Source: Candidatus Poribacteria bacterium (GTDB lineage: Bacteria > Poribacteria > WGA-4E > WGA-3G). From it: DNA of 64,000 nt. Numbering within the stretch: the first letter of the stretch is position 1; each line of letters opens with the position of its first letter. Below are positions 1 to 10,270 of this stretch, in pieces. Below the pieces are notes generated by a model that had not been told where the DNA came from, made no database searches, and worked only from the letters and a program-made list of their open reading frames with translations. The translations under genes were made by a program, and so were the position numbers. The DNA lies in assembly GCA_965215265.1 (NCBI GenBank), contig OZ244048.1:832001-896000 (forward strand), in the 5' to 3' direction.

Positions 1-768
1 TCAATACCGCCACGTTTCGTGCGCCAGCGGCGCTCGATTTAACTCATCCCGAGACGTGCGCCACTGAGGCAGGAACTTATCCATTAACGCATGAAACAGG
101 TCATTATGCTCACGCTCCAGCAGATGAACCATCTCGTGAACCAGAATATACACCAAACATGAAACCGGTTTTTTCGCCAATTCCAGATTCAGCCAAATCC
201 GTTTCGCTTCAATATTGCACGAACCCCAGATCGTTTTCATTTTTTTTATCCGCACTTCATTGACGTGCACCCCGACTTTCGGCTCCCATTTGTAAAGCAG
301 CGCCGGCACCTGCGCCTGTAGGTGATGCCGGTACCACCGATGCAAGACTGCCTCGCGTGCGGCCCGGTCAGCCCCTGGGCGGACGCTTATACGGATCCTC
401 GTATTGTTAGGCAGCACCACGCTTGGTGGGCAGTCGCGTTCGGTCACATCTAGCCGGTAACGTCTCCCTTCAAAATAGTGGCTTTCGCCCGTCACAAACT
501 CTCGCTCAGATTGGCGTGCCTGCTCGGAAAATGCCGCCTGCCGCCGCTGGATCCAGCCCAAGCGAGAAACGACTGCAGAACGCACCGTCTCATCATCCAC
601 GTGCAAAGGAGCTGACACCCGCACCCGGCCGTCCGGTGGATGGACGCCGATATAGAAGTTTTTTATCTCCTTCCGAACAAGTTCCACGACTGTGCCCTGC
701 ACATCCAGATGCGTCTTCTGACCTGATAAAGGGCGGTCTCCGCCCTTGCCATCACTGTTAATACTCAT
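1..768 (-). CDS. M48/YgjP-like (DUF45) zinc metallopeptidase, type I RM-associated
   Basis: WGSC motif, LNLEL, YILVHEMVHL (HExxH) and downstream H; overlaps the hsdR stop; TGA at 1-3. Confidence 0.9.
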   Translation of the reverse strand: MSINSDGKGGDRPLSGQKTHLDVQGTVVELVRKEIKNFYIGVHPPDGRVRVSAPLHVDDETVRSAVVSRLGWIQRRQAAFSEQARQSEREFVTGESHYFEGRRYRLDVTERDCPPSVVLPNNTRIRISVRPGADRAAREAVLHRWYRHHLQAQVPALLYKWEPKVGVHVNEVRIKKMKTIWGSCNIEAKRIWLNLELAKKPVSCLVYILVHEMVHLLEREHNDLFHALMDKFLPQWRTSRDELNRAPLAHETWRY

Positions 769-3700
769 CTTGATTCTTCACAACTTCGAAAACCGCATCA
801 ACGTCAACTTCGGTGTCTTTGAGTTCTGTTTCGATTGCAGCCTTGATCTCGCGCTCCTTGAGGCTGTGCCCCCGCCAATCCGCCTTTTTTATCGAGGATA
901 TCCCCCGGTGCAAAGCCAACGCTGTCTCTTCTCTAATCTCCTCGGAGATACCCGGCAAATTATCATAGAGTGCCCTCTGTGCATCGCTGTCGAGGCTCGC
1001 TGGATAGTCCATGTTCGTCTGTTCGTTCACCTGATTTATCAACTCCATCAGCTCTTCCAAGTAGGCATTATACGCTATCGCCTTCCGCTTCCGCTGCCGA
1101 ATGAGTTCATCCAGCAACTTTGACATCCTCTCATAGTATTTCGGGTTCATGCCCATTTTGTCAATAATCAGCCGGCGGATGTTGTTCTCAATCGTTTCAG
1201 TGGTGCCCTCTTCGCTTGTCCGGATCCGCTCTGGCAGTAAAGCGATCGCCGCTCGTCCGTGCTCAACAATCAACTCCATCAGCGTCTTCTCCTCAAATGC
1301 CACCAGCGTTTCACTCTCCTCTGCCCGAATGTACGTATCTAATAGGTGCCGCATCGCTGGTTCGTACATCTTCAAGTCAATATAATCGCCACTCGCCAAC
1401 TTAATCTCTTGTCGTACATTCTGGTAGTGAGCCACCTCGGTCTTGATCTGTTCAATCTCTTGTTCATTGTAACCGGCCTCTTGCATTTCGTTAGCAAGGT
1501 TTGCATAGGCACGCACCAAAGCCGCGGTTTGCCTATAGAGCGCTAAACGTTTCTGTTCATTGGCTTTGAGCTGCTCGGCGTTGCCGCTTTCGGTGGTACA
1601 GAAAAATCGCATGTAGGCGGTAGAATCGCGCGGAGGTTCAACTGGTTCGCACAATGCTCTCACCGCCTCGCACGTATCTTCTAGACGTTCACGTGCATGT
1701 TGGATGCGGTTTTTCAAGAGCCCTTTCACATCTGCGGTATCGTAGTTGCTGAAAGCCTCGCCGGTGTAGTCTGCTATCGACTGCTGCAACGACCGGAACA
1801 GGTCTTTATAGTCAATGATATATCCGTATTCCTTGTCTTCCCCGTGGAGGCGGTTGACTCGGCAAATCGCTTGAAACAGGCCGTGGTCCTGCATGTGCTT
1901 ATCAATATAGAGATAGGTCGCCGGTGGCGCGTCAAAGCCGGTGAGCAGTTTATCCACAACGATCAGAAGTTTCATCTGGCCCGGCTCATCAACGAAACGT
2001 CTCTTTACCTCCTTTTCAAAAAGTTCAACCTTACGCACCGCTGAGTCCTCGGATTCGTTGAAGTGGTCCACCAGCATCTCCCGGTAAATCTCATGCTTCA
2101 GCAGCAGCTCGGTGTCCCCCTCCCCGGTCTCCTCCCCTCTTATCTTATCTACTGTCGGGTTGTAAGATGTAACAATCGCACATTTCCCCTTCAACTCAGT
2201 CTCGCGAAATATCTGAAAGAAGCGACAGGCCGAATAGATGCTATCAGAAACCAACATCGCATTGCCACGCCCACTCTTCAGCCGGCCCCGGGTCTGCATA
2301 TCAAGTACAATGTCCGCGACGATTTTATTCAGCCGCTCACGTGTACTCAGCACCCGCCGCATCGTACCCCAACGTCGCATCAACTGTTCCTTCGCAAGCT
2401 CGGTTAAGCCTTGCGTCTTGAGCTCAAACCACTGATCTATTTTTTCTTCAGAAGTAATCTCCTGATCTATGTCACGTGCCTCGTAAAGCAGGTCAAGTAC
2501 AGCGTTGTCTCCGACCGCCTCGTCATACTTATAGGTATGGATATACGGGCCAAAGGTTTCAATGCTCTGTGCCTTGTCGGTTTTGAGCAGCGGTGTACCC
2601 GTAAAACCGATGAGCATCGCCCCCGGCAAAAGCGCCTTCATCGCTTTGTGCAGTTTGCCGGACTGCGTCCGGTGGCACTCGTCGATAAAGACAAAAAACT
2701 CACCGGCTGGGTGAAAATCCTCCGGTAGATTTCCATGAATTTCCTCAAGATAGTTATCAATATCCGTGCTGCTCATCCCTGCAGATGCCCCGAACTTGTG
2801 AATCAACGAACAGACAAGCCACTCGCTCGGGCTCCCCAGCACGTTCACTAGATCGGCTCCGTCTCTCGTACGGTAGATATGCTCCTCTTCAACCCCCTTG
2901 AAAACGCTCTCGATCTGTTCGTCCAATTCAGTCCTATCCGTCAGGATTAACACGCGGCTGTTAGGCACCTTTTCGCGAATCCATTTCGCTAACCAGACCA
3001 TCGTGAGGCTCTTCCCACTCCCTTGCGTGTGCCATAAGATGCCCCCTTCCCGTCGTTTGACACGTTCCTGTGCTGCCTTGACCCCGAAAAACTGGTTATG
3101 CCGGCAGATCTTCTTCTTTCCAGAATCGAAAACAGTGAAGTCGTGGATGAGCTCAAGCAGCCGTGCTTTGCTACAGAGCTGGCCCAGCTCCTGTAGCAGC
3201 GGATTGTCCCCGCTTGTCGTAGACTCTCCGCTATTGGCCGGCGACGCTTTCCACCGCAACCAATATCTTTCCTCAGACTCAATCACACTATAACGTAACC
3301 CTTCGCTCTCGTTGCCCGCCATTAGCAGCTGCACAGTCGCAAAAAACGGGCGGATAAACTCCTCTCCCTGGTTGTCAAGGTTCTGCCGGATGCCTTCGGA
3401 TACCGATACCGTGGAACGTTTCAACTCCAGGACCCCGAGCGCAATCCCGTTCACATAAAGCACGAGATCCGGCCGCTTGGTATGCTGACCCCGGACGGTT
3501 ACCTCCTCGGCGATGCCAAAGTCGTTATTGTCCGGGGTTTCCCAATCGATTAACCAGACTGTTTCCGTCAGTCCGCCTGATTCCGGTTGAATCTTCACAC
3601 CGTAACGGAGCAAGCGGTAAACCGCACGGTTTGCCGCGTAGAGCGTTTGAGTACCGCCAAGTGCAGCCGCTTTATCTACCTCAAATAGCACCTTGTCTAT

Positions 3701-3874
3701 AATCTTTCTGCTGTATTCCTGCTCGCTCAACCAAGCATCAAGCGATTCCTTCTCAACGTTGCGATTCCGCTGACGTTCCCGCCAGTTACCGAGGTAGGTA
3801 TAGCCCAAAGTCTCTTGAAAGAATTCAATAACGCGCTTTTGTGTAATTTCTTCTCGTTGCCCTATCGTCCTCAT
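758..3874 (-). CDS. hsdR: Type I restriction endonuclease subunit R
   Basis: RPDLVLYVNGIALGVLELK nuclease motif, WHTQGSGKS Walker A, DECHR, GFTGTP, KLLTGFDAP, QAICRVNR; start moved to ATG 3874 after GGAGG. Confidence 0.95.
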   Translation of the reverse strand: MRTIGQREEITQKRVIEFFQETLGYTYLGNWRERQRNRNVEKESLDAWLSEQEYSRKIIDKVLFEVDKAAALGGTQTLYAANRAVYRLLRYGVKIQPESGGLTETVWLIDWETPDNNDFGIAEEVTVRGQHTKRPDLVLYVNGIALGVLELKRSTVSVSEGIRQNLDNQGEEFIRPFFATVQLLMAGNESEGLRYSVIESEERYWLRWKASPANSGESTTSGDNPLLQELGQLCSKARLLELIHDFTVFDSGKKKICRHNQFFGVKAAQERVKRREGGILWHTQGSGKSLTMVWLAKWIREKVPNSRVLILTDRTELDEQIESVFKGVEEEHIYRTRDGADLVNVLGSPSEWLVCSLIHKFGASAGMSSTDIDNYLEEIHGNLPEDFHPAGEFFVFIDECHRTQSGKLHKAMKALLPGAMLIGFTGTPLLKTDKAQSIETFGPYIHTYKYDEAVGDNAVLDLLYEARDIDQEITSEEKIDQWFELKTQGLTELAKEQLMRRWGTMRRVLSTRERLNKIVADIVLDMQTRGRLKSGRGNAMLVSDSIYSACRFFQIFRETELKGKCAIVTSYNPTVDKIRGEETGEGDTELLLKHEIYREMLVDHFNESEDSAVRKVELFEKEVKRRFVDEPGQMKLLIVVDKLLTGFDAPPATYLYIDKHMQDHGLFQAICRVNRLHGEDKEYGYIIDYKDLFRSLQQSIADYTGEAFSNYDTADVKGLLKNRIQHARERLEDTCEAVRALCEPVEPPRDSTAYMRFFCTTESGNAEQLKANEQKRLALYRQTAALVRAYANLANEMQEAGYNEQEIEQIKTEVAHYQNVRQEIKLASGDYIDLKMYEPAMRHLLDTYIRAEESETLVAFEEKTLMELIVEHGRAAIALLPERIRTSEEGTTETIENNIRRLIIDKMGMNPKYYERMSKLLDELIRQRKRKAIAYNAYLEELMELINQVNEQTNMDYPASLDSDAQRALYDNLPGISEEIREETALALHRGISSIKKADWRGHSLKEREIKAAIETELKDTEVDVDAVFEVVKNQDEY

Positions 3875-3996
3875 GCAACCTGAGTCCTCCCGTTTACAGT
3901 TTCCATTCGGCGTAACTCGCATTTTTCTCTAAAATTACCGTATCGTACTGTATCATTTTACCAGATAAAAATCAATACGCAAGCATAAACTACAAA

Positions 3997-4036
3997 CAGA
4001 TGCCTATTGAACCCGCAACCGCTAAACGGCTACCAT
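3997..4036. repeat. 40-bp direct repeat (38/40 identical) of 6503-6542 inside the WD40 gene
   Basis: cagatgcctattgaacccgcaaccgctaaacggctaccat vs cagatgcctatcgaactcgcaaccgctaaacggctaccat. Confidence 0.9.
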
Positions 4037-4065
4037 ACACACCCCCGAAAAAAAACAGCAACGCA

Positions 4066-6663
4066 CTACCGCCGTCCTCCTACCTGCCCAAGCAATTGAC
4101 GCAGATAATTCACCGGAATCGCAAAGTTCAGATTCTGACCTGCTATCATAGTTGACACCGTCACACCGATCACCTCACCCCGGCTATTTAACACCGGCCC
4201 ACCACTACTCCCCTTCGAAATTGCCGCATCAATCTGGATCCGTCTGGTACCATCCAACTTCCGTATCCCACTAACGATACCCTTAGAAAATGTGCCTTCC
4301 AAGAACCCGAGCGGATTCCCAGCCGCATACACCGCCTCCCCGACTTCCACCGCATCGCTGTCACCGAGAGGGAGTGCTTGTGTACTAAACTCCGCAACCG
4401 TGAGAATCGCTAAATCCTGTCGTGAGTCCATACCGACGAGCCCTGAGATGCGATAAGCGTGTTCCGTTCCTACTAGCTTCACATAGCCTCTCAGCACCCC
4501 TTCCACGACGTGCAGATTAGTCGCAATCAGGCCACGTCCAACGAAGAAGCCGCTGCCAGTGCTTAAGACCTGCCCGCTCCGATCCTCCATCATAATGAGC
4601 ACCGTGGCGGCGAGTGCCTTCCGCGCTATCTGCTGAGATGCCTGCGGTGTGGACACCCCTGCTCTTGAAGGCAGCACCCCCTGGGGCGTTTCTGGGGAAA
4701 TGAGAGGAAGATTCCAGAGTAGAATAGTGCCATCCCAACTCCCACTAGCGAGTCTCTTCCCATCTGCACTGAACGTTACGCTATAGACATCCCCCGTATG
4801 CCCGGTGAGTGTCGCTTTCTCACGCCCACTCACCGCATCCCATAGACGCACCGTGCTGTCCCAACTCCCACTGGCGAGCGTCCTACCATCTGGACTGAAC
4901 TCCACACTCCTGACCCAATCCGTATGCCCGGTGAGTGTCGCTTTGTGCCGCCCGCTCATAACATCCCATAGGCGCACCGTCTTGTCCCCACTCCCACTAG
5001 TGAGTGTCTGCCCATCCGGACTGAGCGCCACACTGAAGACACTGCCCGTATGCTCGGTGAGCGTGGCTTTCTCACGCCCACTCACCGCATCCCACAAGCA
5101 CACCGTGTTGTCCTCACTCCCACTCGCTAGCGTCCTGCCATCGGGACTGAATTCTACACTGAAGACACTGCCCGTATGCCCGGTGAGTGTCGCTTTCTCA
5201 CGCCCACTCACCGCATCCCATAGACGCACCGTGCTGTCCCAACTCCCACTGGCGAGCGTCTGCCCATCCGGACTGAACACTACACTCTCTACACCGTCCG
5301 TATGCCCAGTGAGTGTCGCTTTCTCACGCCCACTCACCGCATCCCATAGACGCACCGTATCGCCCTCACTCCCACTAGCGAGCGTCTTTCCATCGGGACT
5401 GAATGCTAAATTCGAGTACCACTTATGCCCAGTGAGCGTGGCTTTCTGTTTGCCACTCGCCGCATCCCATAGACGCACCGTCTCGTCATAACTCCCACTA
5501 GCGAGCGTCTTCCCATCCGGACTGAACACTACACTCTCGACATCCACCGTATGCCCAGTGAGCGTGGCTTTGTGCTGCCCACTCACCGCATCCCACAGGC
5601 GCACCGTCGTGTCCCGACCCCCACTAGCGAGCGTCTTCCCATCGGGATTGAACACTACACTCCTGACCCAACCCGTATGCCCAGTGAGCGTGGCTTTGTG
5701 CTGCCCACTCACCGTATCCCATAGGCACACCGTGTTGTGATAACTCTGACTAGCGAGTGTCTGCCCATCCGGACTGAGTGCTACCCTAATGACCCAATCC
5801 GTATGCCCGGTGAGTGTCGCTTTGTGCCGCCACGCTAGAGCTTTGTGCCGCCCGCTCACAACATCCCATAGGCGCACCGTCTTGTCCCCACTCCCACTAG
5901 CGAGTGTCTGCCCATCCGGACTGAATGCTACACTCCAGACAATGCACGTATGCCCGGTGAGTGTCGCTTTCTCACGCCCACTCACCGCATCCCATAGACG
6001 CACCGTCTTGTCCCGACTCCCACTGGCGAGCGTCTTCCCATCCGGACTGAACGCTACACTCTCTACACCGTCCGTATGCCCGGTGAGTGTCGCTTTCTCA
6101 CGCCCACTCACCGCATCCCATAGACGCACCGTATCGCCCTCACTCTCACTGGCGAGCGTCTGCCCATCCGGACTGAATGCTACACTCTCTACACCGTCCG
6201 TATGCCCGGTGAGTGTCGCTTTCTCACGCCCACTCACCGCATCCCATAGGCGCACCGTCTTGTCCCAACTCCCACTGGTGAGCGTCCTACCATCTGGACT
6301 GAACACTACACCCCAGACACTGCCCGTATGCCCGGTGAGCGTTGCTTTCTCACGCCCACTCACCGCATCCCATAGGCGCACCGTCTTGTCCCCACTCCCA
6401 CTGGCGAGCGTCTTCCCATCTGGACTGAACGCCACACTCCGGACACTGCCCGTATGCCCTACAAGCAGGGCCAGTTCTCTGCCGGTAAGCGCATCATAAA
6501 TCCAGATGCCTATCGAACTCGCAACCGCTAAACGGCTACCATCAGGAGAAAACCTTATTTCCTCTATCGTCCCTTTACCGAGACGGGCTATAGCTCCCTG
6601 CGGTAACTTCCATTTCGTGTAATCTTGGGCGCACACGGGCCCGTTCAACCACGTTTTTTTCAT
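4066..6663 (-). CDS. WD40-repeat protein (14 canonical + 1 degenerate repeat) with C-terminal trypsin-like serine protease
   Basis: LTGHTxxVxSVxFSPDGxTLASGSxDxTVRLWD repeats; protease triad TNLHV / DLAIL / GSSGGP; start MKKTW at 6663. Confidence 0.93.
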   Translation of the reverse strand: MKKTWLNGPVCAQDYTKWKLPQGAIARLGKGTIEEIRFSPDGSRLAVASSIGIWIYDALTGRELALLVGHTGSVRSVAFSPDGKTLASGSGDKTVRLWDAVSGREKATLTGHTGSVWGVVFSPDGRTLTSGSWDKTVRLWDAVSGREKATLTGHTDGVESVAFSPDGQTLASESEGDTVRLWDAVSGREKATLTGHTDGVESVAFSPDGKTLASGSRDKTVRLWDAVSGREKATLTGHTCIVWSVAFSPDGQTLASGSGDKTVRLWDVVSGRHKALAWRHKATLTGHTDWVIRVALSPDGQTLASQSYHNTVCLWDTVSGQHKATLTGHTGWVRSVVFNPDGKTLASGGRDTTVRLWDAVSGQHKATLTGHTVDVESVVFSPDGKTLASGSYDETVRLWDAASGKQKATLTGHKWYSNLAFSPDGKTLASGSEGDTVRLWDAVSGREKATLTGHTDGVESVVFSPDGQTLASGSWDSTVRLWDAVSGREKATLTGHTGSVFSVEFSPDGRTLASGSEDNTVCLWDAVSGREKATLTEHTGSVFSVALSPDGQTLTSGSGDKTVRLWDVMSGRHKATLTGHTDWVRSVEFSPDGRTLASGSWDSTVRLWDAVSGREKATLTGHTGDVYSVTFSADGKRLASGSWDGTILLWNLPLISPETPQGVLPSRAGVSTPQASQQIARKALAATVLIMMEDRSGQVLSTGSGFFVGRGLIATNLHVVEGVLRGYVKLVGTEHAYRISGLVGMDSRQDLAILTVAEFSTQALPLGDSDAVEVGEAVYAAGNPLGFLEGTFSKGIVSGIRKLDGTRRIQIDAAISKGSSGGPVLNSRGEVIGVTVSTMIAGQNLNFAIPVNYLRQLLGQVGGRR
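4720..6460 (-). repeat. Tandem ~126-bp coding repeats (WD40 units), near-identical at DNA level
   Basis: Recurrent gagtgtcgctttctcacgcccactcaccgcatcccatagacgcaccgt; about 4799-4881 is identical to about 5177-5259. Confidence 0.95.
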
Positions 6664-6745
6664 TCGATTCTTCTCCCTTTTGTGGATGTCAATTTTCTTA
6701 GATGATATGTTAACACACAACGAGGTAAATCTCAAATTGTGACGG

Positions 6746-7606
6746 CTAGCTGCCGGTGGACACCCCGGCAGACCCCAGCAAACGCCCCAACGTACCACCT
6801 AAAATTTCTGTCTTATCGGATACGGGAACGAACACGCAGTGCCTCCGGAACGCCTCCAGCGCGTGTTGATAGGTCATGAAACGTCTAACGACAGGGTAGT
6901 CCGAACCCCAACAGAGACGCCCAGGTCCGAAATGTTCATAGAGTGCACGGACAATCCAGTGTGTGTCCGAATACGGATAATCCCACGAAACCTGCGAGAC
7001 GTAGGCGAACCCTGACAACTTTACATAGATATTCGGGACCTTCGCTGAGGCGAGCACCTGCTTGAGTTGCGGATACGGGGTGGCTTCGCCTGCTCTCGCA
7101 CCGCCCATGTGGTGGCAGAGGAACGGGACGCTCGGGAACCGTGCCGCTAACTTTTGCAGCACCGGCTGCTGGTGGCTGCCCAGCGCGATGCTGGCGATTA
7201 ATCCCAACTCAGCCGTCATCTCCAAAAACCGTTCGCCCTCATCTGAGAAGAACCAGCTGCCGTCGTCGTCCCCTTTGAGGTAGTGCGTATAACCCTTAAG
7301 CGCGTATCTCTCCGCCGCGGATTTCAGCCGGTCCGCTGCACCCGGTGTATGATATGTTTCCGTCCATGAACAATCCACATCCGCAAACTGGATGAGCCGG
7401 TCCGGATACTGCTTAACACATTCGGCAGCGTAATCGTTGTTATCCGGATTGTGCTCGATGCGCGCACAGATAAGCACCGCCTTATCTACGCCGTGTATGT
7501 CCATTTCGTGGAGCAGTTGTTCGACCCGCCCGCGCTCCTCACTATCAGGCACGGGCGGTTGATACGGCCACCGCGGCCAGGCGTGTGTATGAGAATCAAT
7601 TATCAT
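6746..7606 (-). CDS. Amidohydrolase family 2 protein
   Basis: IIDSHTH metal motif, HHMG, VKLSG, WGSDYP. Confidence 0.9.
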   Translation of the reverse strand: MIIDSHTHAWPRWPYQPPVPDSEERGRVEQLLHEMDIHGVDKAVLICARIEHNPDNNDYAAECVKQYPDRLIQFADVDCSWTETYHTPGAADRLKSAAERYALKGYTHYLKGDDDGSWFFSDEGERFLEMTAELGLIASIALGSHQQPVLQKLAARFPSVPFLCHHMGGARAGEATPYPQLKQVLASAKVPNIYVKLSGFAYVSQVSWDYPYSDTHWIVRALYEHFGPGRLCWGSDYPVVRRFMTYQHALEAFRRHCVFVPVSDKTEILGGTLGRLLGSAGVSTGS

Positions 7607-9158
7607 CTCCATCTCCTTTTTTTCGCGTCGGACGCGTGTTGGCATGCAGCATCAACCTTCCCAGTTCATGTCTGTTCGTCTCTTCCGGTTTGACAATTCC
7701 GACGATTTCGCCGTTTGCCATCACAGCAACCCGGTCGCTGAGTTGGAGGAGTTCATCCAATTCTGAAGACACCAGCAAGACTGCCTTTTCGTGGTTGCGT
7801 GCCTGAATCAGCCGCTCGTGAACGAATCGGGCTGCGTAGATATCCAACCCACGTGTCGGATGTGCCGCAATGATCAACTCGGGGCTACCCGTCAACTCTC
7901 GTGCAACTACCACTTTTTGTTGATTGCCACCAGAGAGCGTTTTTATCGGATGCGTGATGTCACCCACGCGAATCTTATATTTATCTAACACGTTCCTCGT
8001 AAACTGTCCTATAGACTTCCGATCCAGCAGCCCGTGCCTGCAAAAAAGGCTGTCCGTATGAGACCCGATAATCAGGTTATTATCGATGCTGTCGTTCAAA
8101 CTGATGCCGTGCCGGTGCCGATCCGCAGGTAAGTGTGCCACACCTCGGTGCCTCATTTCGGCTGTTGAACTGTTGCTAATAGATTCACCCTTGAACCGGA
8201 TTACCCCTTCGTGAAACTGACGTAATCCAGTCAACACCTCCACCAGTTCGCCCTGACCGTTCCCTTCAACGCCTGCGATACCCACGATTTCGCAGGGAAA
8301 TACCTCAAGGTTAATCGCCTTGAGTAGTTTTTTGCCGGCTTGTGCGTTTAACGTCACGTTTTCCAAGGCGAGCATCGGGTTGACACTTTCCAATGGCGAG
8401 CGTTCTGCCAACGTAGCCCCCCCGATGAGAGGTTCACCAAGCATCAGCTCTGCCAATTGCGTCGGATCGGTTTCAGCAGTAGGGCAGGATGCGACGACTT
8501 CACCCCGCCGCATCACCGTGACGGTATCCGCTATCGCCATCACCTCATCCAGTTTGTGCGTGATGATGATGAGGCTCCGCCCCTCTTTTTTCAGACCGCG
8601 CATACATGCAAACAGTCCCTCAATTTCTTGTGGCGCAAGCACCGCCGTCGGTTCATCCATAATCACAATTTCGGCACCGTGATAGAGAACTTTCAGGATT
8701 TCGACCTGTTGCTGTACCCCAATTGGCAGGGATTCCACCGGGGTATTCAACGCCACTTGGAATCCGAGTTGTGCCGCGAGTTCGGCTATCTCTGTTTCCG
8801 CCTGCTGATAATCCACGAAGACGTTGAATTTGCGAGGTTCCTTTGCAAGTACGATGTTCTGTAGCGCGGTAAAGACACGAATCAGTGTGAAATGTTGCTG
8901 GACCATGCCCAGGCCGAGCTGCATCGCCCGCCGTGGGCTCGTGATAGAAACAGGTTGCCCATCGACCGAGATTTCGCCGGCATCCGGTTGATACAGTCCG
9001 TAGAGAATCTTCATCAAGGTAGATTTGCCGGCTCCATTTTCCCCAACTATCGCGTGAATCTCTCCACGCTGCAGCCTAAAGTCAACGCCACGGTTCGCCA
9101 TGACAGACCCAAACTGCTTACTGATGCCGTGCATGCTGATGATCGGTTCAATTTCCAT
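7596..9158 (-). CDS. ABC transporter ATP-binding protein, double ATPase (nucleoside/sugar CUT2 type)
   Basis: GENGAGKST, MDEPT, THKL, LSGGNQQK, PTRGLD. Confidence 0.92.
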   Translation of the reverse strand: MEIEPIISMHGISKQFGSVMANRGVDFRLQRGEIHAIVGENGAGKSTLMKILYGLYQPDAGEISVDGQPVSITSPRRAMQLGLGMVQQHFTLIRVFTALQNIVLAKEPRKFNVFVDYQQAETEIAELAAQLGFQVALNTPVESLPIGVQQQVEILKVLYHGAEIVIMDEPTAVLAPQEIEGLFACMRGLKKEGRSLIIITHKLDEVMAIADTVTVMRRGEVVASCPTAETDPTQLAELMLGEPLIGGATLAERSPLESVNPMLALENVTLNAQAGKKLLKAINLEVFPCEIVGIAGVEGNGQGELVEVLTGLRQFHEGVIRFKGESISNSSTAEMRHRGVAHLPADRHRHGISLNDSIDNNLIIGSHTDSLFCRHGLLDRKSIGQFTRNVLDKYKIRVGDITHPIKTLSGGNQQKVVVARELTGSPELIIAAHPTRGLDIYAARFVHERLIQARNHEKAVLLVSSELDELLQLSDRVAVMANGEIVGIVKPEETNRHELGRLMLHANTRPTRKKGDGDDN

Positions 9159-9214
9159 TGAGGGTGCTACTCCTAGGTGGTTCTACACTGTGGCCCTGTA
9201 TAACCAGCTCATAG

Positions 9215-10198
9215 CTATCGTTCGTGTGGCACAACGAGCTCACCGGCGATAATCTTCTGCTTGAATGCCTCAACCGTTTCTAAAATGTCATCGGTGAGAA
9301 GCACACGGTTCGCATCATCAACGATGTATTCAACGCCGCCCTCTTTTAGTCCGTAATGTTTCAACCCGCCCGTGAAACTGCCCTCATGAACCTCCTTAAT
9401 CGTTTCATAAACCGAGATGGTTACACCCTTGATGACGCTAGTCAGTACTAATCCGGGGGCGAGATGATTGCCGTTTGAGTCCACCCAGATAATCGGTTTT
9501 TTCTCTGCTTTCGCGGCTTCAAGCACCCCTAGGCCGCTCGCCCCTGCAGCAGCGAGGATAATATCGACACCGCTCTCATACTGAGCAAGCGCTAATTCCT
9601 TCGCTCTCGCCGGATCGTCGAATGCTTGCGGTGTCACCCCCACATAATCCGCCCGGAATTGAATCTCCGGGTTCACCGCCTCTATTCCTGCCTGATACCC
9701 GATTTCAAAAGCCTCAACGAGCGGAATCTTCATCCCACCAATAAAGCCCACGTGCTTTGTCTCTGTTTTGAGCGCGGCAATAACACCGCTCAGAAACGTG
9801 CCCTCATGCACACGGTAGATTAGCGACGCAACGTTCGGCAGTGCAACCACCTCATCTATAATCGCGAATTTTACATCGGGAAACTCCTTCGCCACCCGGT
9901 TAATCGGATCTTGAAAGGTAAATCCGATACCGATAATCAGGTCATAGTTCAGCTTGGCGAGCCTACGGATGGCTAATTCCTTATCGCTACTCTGCCCCGG
10001 ATTAACCTCCGTGAGCTTTAGGTCCCATTCATCTGTCGCTCTTTTCGCCCCTGCATACGCAGCATCGCAGAACGATAGATCGCCGCGCCCACGCACATCG
10101 TAAATTAAGCCGATCTTCAACCTCGCGGATGCGGGTTCCACCATCATAAAACAGATTATCGCAACAGTCAGATAGATGCATGTGTATCGAAATCTCAT
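9215..10198 (-). CDS. BMP-family (PnrA/BmpA-like) ABC substrate-binding protein
   Basis: GRGDLSF, GFIGGM, AAAGASGLG, YGLKEGGV; signal peptide; AAGGAG RBS. Confidence 0.88.
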   Translation of the reverse strand: MRFRYTCIYLTVAIICFMMVEPASARLKIGLIYDVRGRGDLSFCDAAYAGAKRATDEWDLKLTEVNPGQSSDKELAIRRLAKLNYDLIIGIGFTFQDPINRVAKEFPDVKFAIIDEVVALPNVASLIYRVHEGTFLSGVIAALKTETKHVGFIGGMKIPLVEAFEIGYQAGIEAVNPEIQFRADYVGVTPQAFDDPARAKELALAQYESGVDIILAAAGASGLGVLEAAKAEKKPIIWVDSNGNHLAPGLVLTSVIKGVTISVYETIKEVHEGSFTGGLKHYGLKEGGVEYIVDDANRVLLTDDILETVEAFKQKIIAGELVVPHER

Positions 10199-10270
10199 TT
10201 CCAGTTTATACTCCTTACGATTTAGTCTTTCATCTTTTTGATAGACGCGTTTCACGTCAGGGGTCCAGAC

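Noticed and set aside
4805-6499. Long repetitive plus-strand ORFs (228 and 236 aa)
   Set aside because: Antisense shadows of the WD40 repeats
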